A stretch of DNA of 64,000 nucleotides from Candidatus Bathyarchaeota archaeon (GTDB lineage: Archaea > Thermoproteota > Bathyarchaeia > Bathyarchaeales > Bathycorpusculaceae), in the NCBI GenBank assembly GCA_963826715.1, contig CAWGYA010000001.1:36715-100714 (forward strand), in the 5' to 3' direction. The notes beneath the pieces were generated by a model. The model had not been told where the DNA came from. It saw only the letters and a list, made by a program, of their open reading frames with translations, and searched no databases. The number at the start of each line of letters is the position of its first letter. Position 1 is the stretch's first letter. Positions 30,918 through 41,879 of the stretch are shown piece by piece. The position numbers were made by a program, and so were the translations under genes.

Positions 30918-31700
30918 TTAAGAGCCATAACGGCGTTTGCGTTTCTGGAAAGTACGTATAGCCCGAAGCAAATCAATAAAACGGAAATCTGGCCAATAAA
31001 CATCTAAAAACGCGAGTTCGCTGTAAGCAGATTGCCAAAGCAGAAAACCACTAAGTCGTTCTTCACCGGATGTTCGGATAATAAGGTCTGGTTCCTGTTT
31101 TTCCATATGGGAGGTATAAAGGTACTTTTCAAAAGTACTTTCATGAATGTCTTCAGGTTCCAATTCACCTGCTTTAACTTTTTCAGCTATGACTCGCGCG
31201 GCATCTACTATTTCGGCCCTTCCGCCATATGCAAAGGCGAAATTTAGAAACTGGTTATCATATTGGGCCGTAGCTTTCTCCACATCCTTAATGAGTTGTT
31301 GGAGATTACCTGGTAACATGTTGGTTCTGCCGATAATTTTAACGTTTACACGGTTTTTGTGAATTCGTTCATCTGTTAGAAGCTTTCGAAATCTTTCTTC
31401 GGCAATTCGCATTATTTCCTCGACTTCCTGAGTGTTACGTACAAAGTTTTCGGTCGAGAATGTATAAAGGGTAACGAATTTGACGCTGAGTTTTAAGCAC
31501 CAATCTAGTAGTTGTTCAACGGTTTCTGCTCCTTTCTCATGTCCTAACCAAGGGTTAAGTTCCTTTGCAGAAGCCCACCGTCGATTACCATCAAGAACAA
31601 TAGCTATATGCTCAACAGGCAAACCATTTTTCACTTGTTGCCAAAGCCATTTCTCATATATTTTGTATATTCCAAGAATAGAGAGAATTCTTGTAAGCAC
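30918..31700 (-). CDS. uppS: cis-prenyltransferase (polyprenyl diphosphate synthase)
   Basis: HIAIVLDGNRRWA, FSTENF.R, YGGR.EI and IRTSGEERLSGFLLWQ motifs. Confidence 0.95.
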   Translation of the reverse strand: MLTRILSILGIYKIYEKWLWQQVKNGLPVEHIAIVLDGNRRWASAKELNPWLGHEKGAETVEQLLDWCLKLSVKFVTLYTFSTENFVRNTQEVEEIMRIAEERFRKLLTDERIHKNRVNVKIIGRTNMLPGNLQQLIKDVEKATAQYDNQFLNFAFAYGGRAEIVDAARVIAEKVKAGELEPEDIHESTFEKYLYTSHMEKQEPDLIIRTSGEERLSGFLLWQSAYSELAFLDVYWPDFRFIDLLRAIRTFQKRKRRYGS

Positions 31701-31801
31701 TCAACGATCCTCGCAAGTTAACGTCATTTTGTCTTTGTCAACAATAGAGAAGTTCTAAAGTTTCAGTTAAAGATTGCCCATGATGAGGGAAAAAGTTTTG
31801 T

Positions 31802-33028
31802 TTAAATGTCATCGGGGTTTTCGCCTTTTTGTTTAAAGAAATCCTTTGAAGACCTGTTAATTATGTATATAAGCAATACAGAGGCTACGCCGATAAGGAT
31901 ACCTACAATTATTGTGAAAAGGAAATTAGCAAACGTTGGATCAGCTATCCCTATTAAAGATGAGGATTTGTCATAGTAGTAAATAATTACGTTAGCGGTG
32001 CCTTCAAGCACCCACCGTGACCACGCAACCGTAACTATTAAGGCAACATTGCGCAGTAATCTCGAATCCCTCTCCATATAGAGCCTTATACTTCGACCTA
32101 GCAAAACGATGATTATTCCAACTACTAAAAGATCCATTATGCCCTTGATGAAATAATAGGCAATCCGCGGGGATATTGCAAGCCAACCTGCAATATCGGC
32201 TGCAGGTGCAACGTTGATGTTTACGCTTGCAAGACCAAGATATACGCTAACAGCAACACTAAGAATGCCTGCGATTACAGTATAATTTGAAATTTGCATC
32301 GGTAGTGGTGGGGGTTCATAATCTCTGGCCCACCTATAGAAATCTCTAGTTGCTTTATCAACACCAAAGCCTTTAAGCAGTAGAAAACCGCCGACTACAA
32401 TAACTATGGCTATACCATACCATAAAATCGCTCCGGGAATAAAATAGTTTATACCCCAAAGGACTCCGAAAATTAAGACTAAAATTCCTGGTAACCCCAG
32501 CGCAATACGAGCGTATCGAGGATTATCAACTAGTAGGCGAATGTATTTCGTAAAAACAGCCGCGGTTTCCTCGATTGATTCATTGTGCTTAATCACAATG
32601 CGACGTACAGATGAAACGGGCACACGGGATTCAACCAACGGTAAAACAGCTTCATCAGAATAACCGTCGGAAACTAGTATTACCTCATTAGCGTTGAATG
32701 TTTCCTGAAGAAATTTTAGTTCCCCGACTAGTTTACGATCAGCGTTGACACCGCCTAAATCTGTTCCTGAAATGGTAGCAACTTCAAAGACTTCATCAGG
32801 TTGTTTTTCTTTTTGTAGACGGTCATATAGGCGAACTGCTTCAAACATTGCGTTTGCGTCGGGTTCCTCAGGGTCTTTAAGTGCAAGAGAAACGGCGCCA
32901 TCAAGGTTGGCAGTTCGACCTAAAAGAGGCGTTTTAACGGCTGCTTTGGTTTCTAAATCGCCATCCCTATCTACGCATAGAATAAGGATACGTTTTTGTG
33001 TCTCCCCTTGCATTTCCCGTTTAGCCAT
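31802..33028 (-). CDS. DUF373 family membrane protein
   Basis: LILCVDRDGDL, DPEEPDANAMF and VSDG.SDE motifs plus TM helices. Confidence 0.88.
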   Translation of the reverse strand: MAKREMQGETQKRILILCVDRDGDLETKAAVKTPLLGRTANLDGAVSLALKDPEEPDANAMFEAVRLYDRLQKEKQPDEVFEVATISGTDLGGVNADRKLVGELKFLQETFNANEVILVSDGYSDEAVLPLVESRVPVSSVRRIVIKHNESIEETAAVFTKYIRLLVDNPRYARIALGLPGILVLIFGVLWGINYFIPGAILWYGIAIVIVVGGFLLLKGFGVDKATRDFYRWARDYEPPPLPMQISNYTVIAGILSVAVSVYLGLASVNINVAPAADIAGWLAISPRIAYYFIKGIMDLLVVGIIIVLLGRSIRLYMERDSRLLRNVALIVTVAWSRWVLEGTANVIIYYYDKSSSLIGIADPTFANFLFTIIVGILIGVASVLLIYIINRSSKDFFKQKGENPDDI

Positions 33029-33063
33029 CGAAATCTCTATCTCATTAATACAGATAATTAACT

Positions 33064-34017
33064 TTAAGCTTGCGTTTTCGAATCATTTTCCTCGTCTTCA
33101 TCACCTATCATCAACGCAAACTCTTCCCAATTGACTTTTTCTCCGCGATTGAGTTTTTCTCGGGCTTCTGAACCAATTTTCTCTTTTATCGCTTGCTCTT
33201 TCACTGCACGCTCTGCTTGCTCAACCTTGCGTTTTTCCTCTTCGGTTCTTCGTCTGACTTCATCTTCGCCTCGGCGTAAATTATATTGGTCTCTTAAAGT
33301 AGAACGGATACCCGTTGATTGACTAATAAGTTGTCTAATTTGTTCGTATACAAGGTTGTTTTGATCTTTGGCTTTAATGAAGGATTGATGAAGACTATCA
33401 GCTTCAGCACGGTCTCGTCTAATGACCTCAATTTTCTCCATCATCACAGCGTGTAAATCTTGGCTTTTTTTCGCAAGTTCGGTTAATTCTTTATGGTATA
33501 CGTCAGCTTGAGCATCAAATATTTTGCGGTGAGAGATTAGGTCCTTGATTTTCTTGTTTTGATTATCAATTTTTTTGAAGCCACTTAGCTGAATTTCTAA
33601 TTCTTTTACATTTACAATAAGCCGTTTTTCTTCCTGTAAATCCAGCGATGTAGTAGAGATTTTCCATTCAATCGCATCAAGCTCTTGCTGTAGATCCCGC
33701 TTGCTGACACGCGGAAGATTCTTTTTAAGCGCATCGATTTTTTCATTGATGGCGGTAATTTCGTCCATTATAGGAGTTACGTTAACTCGGACAGCGTCTC
33801 TTTGCTGTTTTAGCTCCTTAACTTTCCCGTTTAGGGTATCCCTCTCTACCTTGAGCAGGTTTACTTCTTCACGAGCTTTACGTACCTTCTCGTGGAGCTG
33901 ATCTCTTTTTTCGATGAACTTTTTGATTTGAGCGTTTATCTCGCGGGTATTTTCTTTTAGCTTATCGATTTGGACGTTGATGTTTGTTATTTGGCTGGGA
34001 TTCTGTTTCTCGGTCAA
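33064..34017 (-). CDS. Archaeal long coiled-coil protein (COG1340-like)
   Basis: Heptad repeats, EWKI.T..L....EK.L, C-terminal EKL.RGEK..WEE. Confidence 0.8.
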   Translation of the reverse strand: MTEKQNPSQITNINVQIDKLKENTREINAQIKKFIEKRDQLHEKVRKAREEVNLLKVERDTLNGKVKELKQQRDAVRVNVTPIMDEITAINEKIDALKKNLPRVSKRDLQQELDAIEWKISTTSLDLQEEKRLIVNVKELEIQLSGFKKIDNQNKKIKDLISHRKIFDAQADVYHKELTELAKKSQDLHAVMMEKIEVIRRDRAEADSLHQSFIKAKDQNNLVYEQIRQLISQSTGIRSTLRDQYNLRRGEDEVRRRTEEEKRKVEQAERAVKEQAIKEKIGSEAREKLNRGEKVNWEEFALMIGDEDEENDSKTQA

Positions 34018-34172
34018 ATGTTAACCTTCTGCGTTGAAAGTTCTTACTTAGGTTGTAACAACCGAATTAATATTGGTTGCTTTTGTATGCTCACTAAAGC
34101 CCATAGCAACAAGGTTCTTGTTGTTATAATCTTAAATATATGCGCTCACCTTGTTTGAGTGAAGTGGTTACA

Positions 34173-34583
34173 ATGACGTTCAATTATGATGACTTATTAA
34201 AACGCGCCTGCGAACAGATGCCTGAGGTACAAGCCAAAAAGGAACGCCTCGAGCTTCCCCGCATCATGATTCAAACCGTAGGCATGCGCACAATAATTAA
34301 TAATTTCAAAGAAATTGCAGACTCCCTGGATCGAGACCCACAGCACCTGTTAAAATTTTTGACACGTGAAATGGCGACCGCTGCGACTTTCCATGATTCC
34401 CGCGCCATATTCCAGGGGAAATTCAGAGCAGACAGCTTTGAACGCCTTTTGCATCGATATATGGACGGCTATGTAGTCTGCCCCGTTTGCAAACGCCCTG
34501 ATACAAAAATCGTCAAAGAAAAAAGACTTGCGTTTCTAGTCTGCAATGCTTGTGGCGCAAAATCATCCATAAAACAGTTGTGA
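34173..34583 (+). CDS. eif2b: Translation initiation factor aIF-2 beta subunit
   Basis: Y..LL.RA, RTII.NF, CPVCKRPDT and CNACGA motifs; ATG at 34173. Confidence 0.95.
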   Translation: MTFNYDDLLKRACEQMPEVQAKKERLELPRIMIQTVGMRTIINNFKEIADSLDRDPQHLLKFLTREMATAATFHDSRAIFQGKFRADSFERLLHRYMDGYVVCPVCKRPDTKIVKEKRLAFLVCNACGAKSSIKQL

Positions 34584-34593
34584 GCGAACTAAT

Positions 34594-34890
34594 TTGGAAG
34601 TTTACCTAAACATCCGAAAAGTCGGGAACAACGTCGTTCTTGCAATCTGTGACTGCGACCTATTAGGTAAAACTCTTCGGGATGGAAAAATTGTCTTCCA
34701 CGTAAAGGACGAGTTCTACAAAGGCAAAAAGACAACTGTGGAAGAGGCTGTGGGGTTAATAGATAACTCAACTATTGTGAACCTTGTGGGCAAATCCTGC
34801 GTTGAAAAAGCCATCATACAAGGTTATGTTCACCCTGAAGCTGTGATAGAAATCGAAGGTGTGCCGCACGCTCAGATAATGAAATTTTGA
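34594..34890 (+). CDS. DUF424 family protein
   Basis: AICD..LLGK, FYKG, NLVG...V..AI and GVPHAQ motifs. Confidence 0.9.
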   Translation: MEVYLNIRKVGNNVVLAICDCDLLGKTLRDGKIVFHVKDEFYKGKKTTVEEAVGLIDNSTIVNLVGKSCVEKAIIQGYVHPEAVIEIEGVPHAQIMKF

Positions 34891-34921
34891 CATGCTTTTG
34901 GACAAATAGTAAAACTTTTTC

Positions 34922-35065
34922 TTATCTTCTTTCTCTAAATAATTTTGCGTCCCCAATATCACGCACATACTCAAATCCTGTTTCTATGAGTTGTAGCGCT
35001 TCTCCTTAAGTCCTTGCAGTTGTTGCTAAGTATTCCCAGTTTCAGTAGGATCTGAATCGCTGAAT
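34922..35065 (-). pseudogene. Remnant of a tyrosine recombinase/integrase C-terminal tail
   Basis: Manual translation IQRFRSY*NWEYLATTART*GEALQLIETGFEYVRDIGDAKLFRERR*, with two internal stops; resembles the EA..LIE.GFEYV.....KLFRKRK tail recalled from Bathyarchaeia integrases. Confidence 0.55.
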
Positions 35066-35067
35066 AT

Positions 35068-36456
35068 TTACTCGGGTTCATTTAAGAGGTTTCTGCGACT
35101 GAAAATACGTTTCAACTGTGCTTTTGAGAGCACCCCCTTCTCCAAAGCAACCTCTTTTACTGTTCGATTTTCAGCTTGGGCTTGTTTGGCAATTTTAGCG
35201 GCTTCAAGATAACCGATTTTAGGAGCTAAAAGCGTTGCCAATGACGGATTTTTCTCGAGGTACATTTCACAGCGTTTTTCATCCACCTCGATGCCCTCCA
35301 CACATTTTTTGCTGAAAACTGGTAGATAATTGCTCAAGATTCGGATTGAAAAAAGCATGTTATAAGCTATCGCAGGTGTCATCACATTTAGGTCAAGTTG
35401 CCCAGCTTGAACCGCCAACAAAACGGCTGCATCGCAACCAACGACCTGGAAAGCTACCATATCAAGGCACTCAGCCATAACAGGATTAACCTTTCCCGGC
35501 ATAATAGAGGAGCCTGGCTGCACGGAAGGCAAAACAATTTCGTTGAGTCCCGTTGTAGGACCTGAAGCCAAAAGCCGTAGATCGTTGGAAATGCGGATAA
35601 GCTCCAATGCCAGTTCTTTGAGCCCACTTGAAACAGTTTGAGCTGCCCGGTGACTTTGTAAAGCTTCAAAATTATTTTCCGCCGGCTTTATGGGGAACCC
35701 TGTGAGTTTTGCCAGTTCAGCTACGACAAATTGTTTATAGTCAGGGTGACTATTTGCTCCTGTTCCTGTTGCTGTGCCGCCGAGGGCAACGGAGTACAGA
35801 TTCTCCTCCCTTTTGTGCAGTTCCAAAGAGGCATGTTTGATTGCTGAAGCGTAAGCGGAGAATTCCTGCCCAATCGTTAAGGGCAACGCATCCTGCATAT
35901 GTGTCCTTCCAGATTTGAGCACGTCAGCATTTTTTTTGCCTATCATATCAAAAGCATTTGAAAGGTCATCTAAAACAGAAAACAGCTGTTGGAGGGCAAT
36001 AAGAACTGAGACATGCAACGCCGTTGGGTATGTGTCGTTGGTTGATTGCGCCATGTTAACGTGATCATTTGGACTCAACGAGTTGTAATCGCCTCTTAGT
36101 TTACCCTGAATTTCCAGCGCACGGTTAGCGATAACCTCGTTAGTGTTCATGTTAAAAGATGTACCAGCACCAGCTTGGAAAACATCCACCACAAATTGGT
36201 CAATTAGATTGCCGTCAAGCACTTCATCACATGCTTGGACAATGGCTTCGCCGACTTTCTTGTCCAACCAACCCACATGCATATTCGTTAACGCGGCTGC
36301 CTTCTTAATGAGTACATAAGCTTCGATGAACTCAGTGGGGGCTTTGATGCCACTAACGGGAAAATTCTCGGTTGCTCGAAGCGTCTGAATACCAAAGTAG
36401 GCATCTTTGGGGATTAACCTCTCACCCAATGGATCAACTTCTCTGCGCGAACTCAT
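35068..36456 (-). CDS. Class II fumarate hydratase / aspartate ammonia-lyase
   Basis: GTSFNMN.NEV, QSTND, GRTH.QDA and GSSIMPGKVNP signature. Confidence 0.92.
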   Translation of the reverse strand: MSSRREVDPLGERLIPKDAYFGIQTLRATENFPVSGIKAPTEFIEAYVLIKKAAALTNMHVGWLDKKVGEAIVQACDEVLDGNLIDQFVVDVFQAGAGTSFNMNTNEVIANRALEIQGKLRGDYNSLSPNDHVNMAQSTNDTYPTALHVSVLIALQQLFSVLDDLSNAFDMIGKKNADVLKSGRTHMQDALPLTIGQEFSAYASAIKHASLELHKREENLYSVALGGTATGTGANSHPDYKQFVVAELAKLTGFPIKPAENNFEALQSHRAAQTVSSGLKELALELIRISNDLRLLASGPTTGLNEIVLPSVQPGSSIMPGKVNPVMAECLDMVAFQVVGCDAAVLLAVQAGQLDLNVMTPAIAYNMLFSIRILSNYLPVFSKKCVEGIEVDEKRCEMYLEKNPSLATLLAPKIGYLEAAKIAKQAQAENRTVKEVALEKGVLSKAQLKRIFSRRNLLNEPE

Positions 36457-37190
36457 ACTTTATCTTCCTTCTGGCTCTCTTTCTTTTCGGCTATTATCTT
36501 CTTTTTCGTTTTAACTATTGCGGCAGTTACTTTAATGTTCTTTGGACAGACAAGTGTACACATAAAATAGCTTTTACAGCCCCAAATACCATGCGGTTTC
36601 TGAAGAATAGCTACCCGCTCCCCTGAATCCTTATAGCGGGAATCAAAAATGTAGCGTTGCGCTCTTAAAACCGCTGCTGGGCCCAAAAATTCTTGGTCTT
36701 GTTCAGTTAAAACCGGGCAAGCACTATAACAACATCCGCAGAGTATGCATTTGAGGGCGTCATCGTATAGGCTCCGTTCCTCAAGACTTTGCAGTCGCTC
36801 TTTATCTGGGAAACCAAGTGCCGAACCATTAAGAGACCTTGGCCCGATGGAGTTTAAGCGTTTAAAAAAAGGCTTAAGATCAACCACTAAATCCTTAATC
36901 ACCTCAAAATACCTTAGGGGTTCAATAAGAATTTCTTTCTTGAAATCGAACTCTTGGATTAGTTTTTGGCAAGCAAGTGCGGCTTGCCCATTAATGGTCA
37001 AGCCGTCGCTTCCGCATATGCCATGTGCACATGACATGCGGAAAGAAAGCGAGCTATCTTGGGTTTGACGAATACGGTTTATACAATCCAACAAACGCTC
37101 TGTGGGTTGTGCTTCGATTTTGAAAATGTCATAATGAGGATGCTCGTCAGTTTGAGGGTTGAATCGGTAGACTTTGAGACTGATTTGCAT
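36453..37190 (-). CDS. sdhB: Succinate dehydrogenase/fumarate reductase Fe-S subunit
   Basis: SCAHGICGSD, CILCGCCYSACP and C.....C...CP motifs. Confidence 0.93.
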   Translation of the reverse strand: MQISLKVYRFNPQTDEHPHYDIFKIEAQPTERLLDCINRIRQTQDSSLSFRMSCAHGICGSDGLTINGQAALACQKLIQEFDFKKEILIEPLRYFEVIKDLVVDLKPFFKRLNSIGPRSLNGSALGFPDKERLQSLEERSLYDDALKCILCGCCYSACPVLTEQDQEFLGPAAVLRAQRYIFDSRYKDSGERVAILQKPHGIWGCKSYFMCTLVCPKNIKVTAAIVKTKKKIIAEKKESQKEDKV

Positions 37191-37191
37191 T

Positions 37192-38919
37192 TTAGTACCT
37201 CCGAGGCTGGGGTCTAAACCGTGTAATAGAAACTGGTTTATACATTACCGATAAGCCCGCGTGTGTTTCAGCAACTAGTGTATGATTTAGCCATTCGGTA
37301 TCCTTGCGTTCGAGATAATCTATTCGGTAATGTGCGCCTCGACTCTCTTTTCTCTCCAGGGCAGAATAAACAATGCATTCCGCTACCCGCAGCATGTTAC
37401 CTAGCTCAATGGCTTCCTCTAGTTCGTAATTAAAAATCATGCCCTTATTTACTAAACCCAGATTCAAATAGCGTTTTCTAAGAAAACGAATTTCTGCTAA
37501 AGCATTCTCAAGAGCTGCCCCCTCACGGAACACACTACAATTCATCGTCATTAAATGCTGCATTCGCTCACGAAGCCCAAAAACATTTTCTGACCCTCCT
37601 GAATCAAGCAGATTACTGATTTTACACTCTACAACACTTTCAACTTGTAGAGGAAGCGGTTTCTTCTCTTTGCCTTGGACATCATTAATTATAGCTTGTC
37701 CGGTTCTTTTGCCGAAAACCACTAAGTCAATTAGTGAGTTACAACCAAGTCTGTTGGCACCATGAACGCTAACACAGGCACATTCGCCAACAGCATAGAG
37801 ATTAGGCAAAACATTGCCTTCACAATCAAATAAAACATGGCCATCAGTATCAGTTGGAATCCCACCCATCATATAGTGGCAAGTCGGTGCAACAGGAATA
37901 GGCTCGATTGAAGGATCAATACCCAAATATGTTTTTACGAACGAGGTAATTTCGGGAAGCTTTTGGTTGAGATGTTCCCTTCCCAAAGCTCTCAAATCTA
38001 AATAAACATAATCTTTACCGTCAATACCTCTGCCCGCGCTTATTTCTTCTAGTATCGCGCGAGAAATAATATCTCGTGGAGCCAAATCCATAAGCGACGG
38101 CGCATATCGCTTCATGAATTGCTCCCCTAAACGGTTACGCAAAACACCCCCTTCTGCTCGGGCAGCTTCGCTGATTAATATGCCGAAACCATGGATTCCG
38201 GTTGGGTGAAACTGAACAAACTCAATATCCTGGAGCGGCACATGGGCATCCAGTGCCATTGCAAAGCCATCTCCTGTTGATGCGAAGCCATTGCTGGTTG
38301 TTTGATATATTTTGCCACATCCCCCCGTTGCCAACACGACGGCTTTAGTGTGGAAAACATGGGGTTTTGTTGAAACAATGTCATATCCTGCTACACCGCA
38401 ACAAAAGTTACGTGAGAAGAGCAATTTTTGAATGTATATTTCGTTATGGAAAGTTACATCCATTTCGCTACAGCGGTCAAAAAGGGCATCCATGATAGCT
38501 CTTCCCGTTCGATCAGAAACGTAGCAGGCACGTTTTACTGGAGATTTCCCAAAGTTTTTGGTGTGCCCACCAAATTTTCGCTGATCAATTTTTCCTTGGT
38601 CATTGCGGCTAAACGGCACACCCAAATGCTCAAGAGAATAAACCGCTTGTGGTGCTTCTTTTGTTAGCAATTCCACCGCAGTTTGGTCGGCTAGAAAATC
38701 GCTGCCTTTTACAGTATCATAGAAATGCCAGTCCCAATGATCCTCTTCAGCATTACCCAAACTGGCTGCTATACCACCCTGTGCCGCTACTGAATGCGAA
38801 CGAGTTACATGTACCTTGCTAATGACACCGACACGTAATTTGCCTTGCGCAGCAATGTAGGCAGCATATAATCCAGAGATTCCTCCGCCAACGATTACAA
38901 CATCGTATTCATGAATCAT
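37192..38919 (-). CDS. sdhA: Succinate dehydrogenase/fumarate reductase flavoprotein
   Basis: [32 protein letters not shown] and ESRGAH motifs. Confidence 0.95.
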   Translation of the reverse strand: MIHEYDVVIVGGGISGLYAAYIAAQGKLRVGVISKVHVTRSHSVAAQGGIAASLGNAEEDHWDWHFYDTVKGSDFLADQTAVELLTKEAPQAVYSLEHLGVPFSRNDQGKIDQRKFGGHTKNFGKSPVKRACYVSDRTGRAIMDALFDRCSEMDVTFHNEIYIQKLLFSRNFCCGVAGYDIVSTKPHVFHTKAVVLATGGCGKIYQTTSNGFASTGDGFAMALDAHVPLQDIEFVQFHPTGIHGFGILISEAARAEGGVLRNRLGEQFMKRYAPSLMDLAPRDIISRAILEEISAGRGIDGKDYVYLDLRALGREHLNQKLPEITSFVKTYLGIDPSIEPIPVAPTCHYMMGGIPTDTDGHVLFDCEGNVLPNLYAVGECACVSVHGANRLGCNSLIDLVVFGKRTGQAIINDVQGKEKKPLPLQVESVVECKISNLLDSGGSENVFGLRERMQHLMTMNCSVFREGAALENALAEIRFLRKRYLNLGLVNKGMIFNYELEEAIELGNMLRVAECIVYSALERKESRGAHYRIDYLERKDTEWLNHTLVAETHAGLSVMYKPVSITRFRPQPRRY

Positions 38920-38940
38920 TTCTTGGTCCTCAAAAAATAG

Positions 38941-39747
38941 TTATATCTCGAATTTGTGGATTATGCAGTTTTTTTTCTTGCCGGTAATCTCTGCGATTAC
39001 GTGGAAATATTGTTCCAGACCGGACTTTGTTATTCGGGGCTTTAAGAGTTCGTCTATTTGGAAAACGCCTGCGGGGTTGCTCATTTTAATTTTTATTGTG
39101 ATGGGCTTTGACTTGTTTTCAGTTGCTTCCACTTCGACTTTTTCGATGCTAAGAGCAGATACAGAGTGAATGTCGATTTTGCCAGCTTGAAAGGGGATCC
39201 GGGCTCTTCCAGCCTCCATATCTAAAGCGTCTGCGATTCCCACGATGCCTGCTTCCTTGGTTAAGATGCGGGTTGTGGACTCGGTGCTGGGCGGTTGCTC
39301 ATGACAAACAATGGAATGAAGCACTTCTGAAGTGATAATTGCACTTTCCTCTTGGTTGTATATAGGTGTTAAAAGGTCCTTGAGCACGTCCAAAGCGAGA
39401 AATACACTATATTGTTCATGGTTTCTTCGCTGCACAATCATGCCTAAATCATGGAGAATTGCACCTAAAACCACAACGACCTCTGCATCTTCCTTTTGCA
39501 TTTTGTAGTTTTCAACGATACTAGGGGTAATCAAATTTTTCTCTACCAGAATACGCATAAGCTTTAATGATATGTTGGCAACGATTTTAACGTGGGTTGG
39601 CCCATGATCTGTATATCCCATTCGCTCTATTGCCATAACATTAGCGCATTTCCAATAGGTTTGGAGTTTTTTGTTTTCTTTAACTTTTTCCATAACCTGC
39701 TTAAGTTTCAGGTTGCTTCTATACGGTATGTTAAAGATGTAGGACAC
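38941..39747 (-). CDS. HD-domain phosphohydrolase (COG3294-like)
   Basis: DHGPTH, LHDLG and ADALDM..GRAR motifs. Confidence 0.88.
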   Translation of the reverse strand: MSYIFNIPYRSNLKLKQVMEKVKENKKLQTYWKCANVMAIERMGYTDHGPTHVKIVANISLKLMRILVEKNLITPSIVENYKMQKEDAEVVVVLGAILHDLGMIVQRRNHEQYSVFLALDVLKDLLTPIYNQEESAIITSEVLHSIVCHEQPPSTESTTRILTKEAGIVGIADALDMEAGRARIPFQAGKIDIHSVSALSIEKVEVEATENKSKPITIKIKMSNPAGVFQIDELLKPRITKSGLEQYFHVIAEITGKKKNCIIHKFEI

Positions 39748-40086
39748 AGCGGTTTTTGCTCTCCTTAAAAATGTATTATTTTGGATTTACATTTAAAACT
39801 TACAGTCGGAACGTATTTTGTAGGTAAACGTGCATCATTATTTATTACTCTTGCCTTTTTCTCTGTACGGAGTCGCCAGTTCTTGAGCAACTATATAGCA
39901 GCCTACTGTTAGGTAATGCCGTCAATAAAACGTGATTCAGAAGACAGACCCCCCTAAAAAAAAGGAATTTTGAGACATTAATTTTAAAAAAGGAACATAC
40001 CATTACGAAGTGAATCGACTTATTTGACACAGAACGTCTTATTTAGTGCAAATTGTATTGTTTGGATGTTTTGAGGATACAGACCT

Positions 40087-41121
40087 ATGGTTGACGCCGC
40101 ATTTACCCAGCTTCTATTCAATGTGTTAATCATAGGTGTCTCATTTATCATACTCAACTATGCAAGTAGCCTTACGATAAACCATGCAGTAAAGGTTTCC
40201 AATATAAGTCGGCTGGGAAAAACTGCGGTAGGTTTTAGTCTTCTGGCTTTTAGTACTTCTCTTCCAGAGTTAACGGTGGCTTTTACTGCTGCCTTATCAG
40301 GTGGCGCGGCGCTATCAATCGGAAACGTGGTAGGCTCAAACATTGTTAATATTTGTCTGGTTGTAGGCTTAGCTTCTTTTCTTGTCTATTACCAATGTCG
40401 CCGAAAAGCAAAAAAAGCAGGTCTACCAAATTCGCCTGATTGCAACATCATTCCCTCGTTCGCCAAGTCTGAACTTAGCAGCATTTATTTTGGACTCTTC
40501 ATCTCATCCATTATCCCCGTGGTTTTGATTTTCTTTACGACGGCAACGTGGCTTGTTGGTTTAGTTTTAATCGGAATATTTTTGGGCTATATGTATCAGC
40601 TATCAAAGGTACGTATTCCCCAAGAAAGTATTGAGCCCGTTTCTAACGAAGAGAAAAAAAGGTTAAAACGCTACATAATTCTAACTGTTGTAGGAGCATT
40701 GGGTGTTGTTGCTAGTGCATATTTCCTGGTTGAATCAGCTGTTAGCATTGCTATTACTGCGGGTCTTTCTCAACAGATAATTGGCGCAACAGTTATTGCC
40801 ATAGGAACTAGCCTTCCAGAGTTGTCGTTATCATTGAGGGCTATGCTTCGGGGGCAATCTGAACTTGCTTTCGGGAACATCATTGGCAGCAGTTTTGTTA
40901 ACATAACATTGATCTTAGGGGTCACCCTCTTCGTTCCTGCCCTTTTAGGCACAACGATAGCCATGAACATCGTTGTTTTCCAGAATTTGGTACTTTTCTC
41001 TATAATTACTAACATGTTTTTCTGGTACTTCCTTTCACGAGGGCAAATTGGTCACAGAGAAGGCGCAGTGTTCCTCTTTATTTATATCCTTTTTATCTTA
41101 ACCACAATCGGTGCCAAGTAG
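40087..41121 (+). CDS. Na+/Ca2+ antiporter (CaCA family)
   Basis: Two alpha-repeats: STSLPE..GNVVGSN and GTSLPE..GNIIGS. Confidence 0.92.
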   Translation: MVDAAFTQLLFNVLIIGVSFIILNYASSLTINHAVKVSNISRLGKTAVGFSLLAFSTSLPELTVAFTAALSGGAALSIGNVVGSNIVNICLVVGLASFLVYYQCRRKAKKAGLPNSPDCNIIPSFAKSELSSIYFGLFISSIIPVVLIFFTTATWLVGLVLIGIFLGYMYQLSKVRIPQESIEPVSNEEKKRLKRYIILTVVGALGVVASAYFLVESAVSIAITAGLSQQIIGATVIAIGTSLPELSLSLRAMLRGQSELAFGNIIGSSFVNITLILGVTLFVPALLGTTIAMNIVVFQNLVLFSIITNMFFWYFLSRGQIGHREGAVFLFIYILFILTTIGAK

Positions 41122-41202
41122 CAGAAATGATAACCATGGATTGTTATAATTAAGTCCATATAGAAATTAGCACAAAGCATTAATATACCATAATAATTTA
41201 CG

Positions 41203-41520
41203 TTGTTGGGTTTAAATTTGCAGATCTCGAAAGAAATAACTGTTTCTGGCGAAAAAGCTTTAAAAACAGCTGATGCCATCAACGCAACAACTCTTAAGAT
41301 GCTACAAATTCTTGCAACAGAGCACCTTGATGTAACCACTATTTCTAAAAGGCTAAACCTAAGCGAAGCCTACATAAGCGAAGAAGTCCGCCAACTCGAA
41401 GATCTAAATATGATATCTGTAAATTATGAGCGAGGTAAAAGGGGGATCCGAAAAGTCTGCTCTTCAGCAGTTGATAAGATAACGATAATTATTACGCCCT
41501 CAGCAGAAACTCAACTATAG
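41203..41520 (+). CDS. ArsR-type HTH regulator
   Basis: IS..LNLSEAYISEEV..LE..........GKRGIRK. Confidence 0.8.
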   Translation: MLGLNLQISKEITVSGEKALKTADAINATTLKMLQILATEHLDVTTISKRLNLSEAYISEEVRQLEDLNMISVNYERGKRGIRKVCSSAVDKITIIITPSAETQL

Positions 41521-41879
41521 ATATGCGACTTTCAGCGCGTTGAATTCGATTGTGCATTCAGGGAATATAAGTAATTCTTCCTTGCCCAAAGTCCATCAAT
41601 GACCGCCAATTTAGATAAATACAGACTAAAAAAAGAATAAAACTAATTAAAAGAAATAAAAAGTGGCAATTGTCGGGTTCTTTGATGGATTTTCTAAAAA
41701 GAACAATTTGCCTTTTTGCACTTATCAGCTAAACAATAATATCAATAAAAAATCTTTGGAAGCAAATCTAAAAGGCAGGTAACTTAATTGCTGCTGTCTC
41801 AAAGGAGTCGTTGTTTTAACGTTGGTTTCTTTGAAAAGTATTAAAAACCCTTCGCATATATAGCATTCCGCGATGGTAA

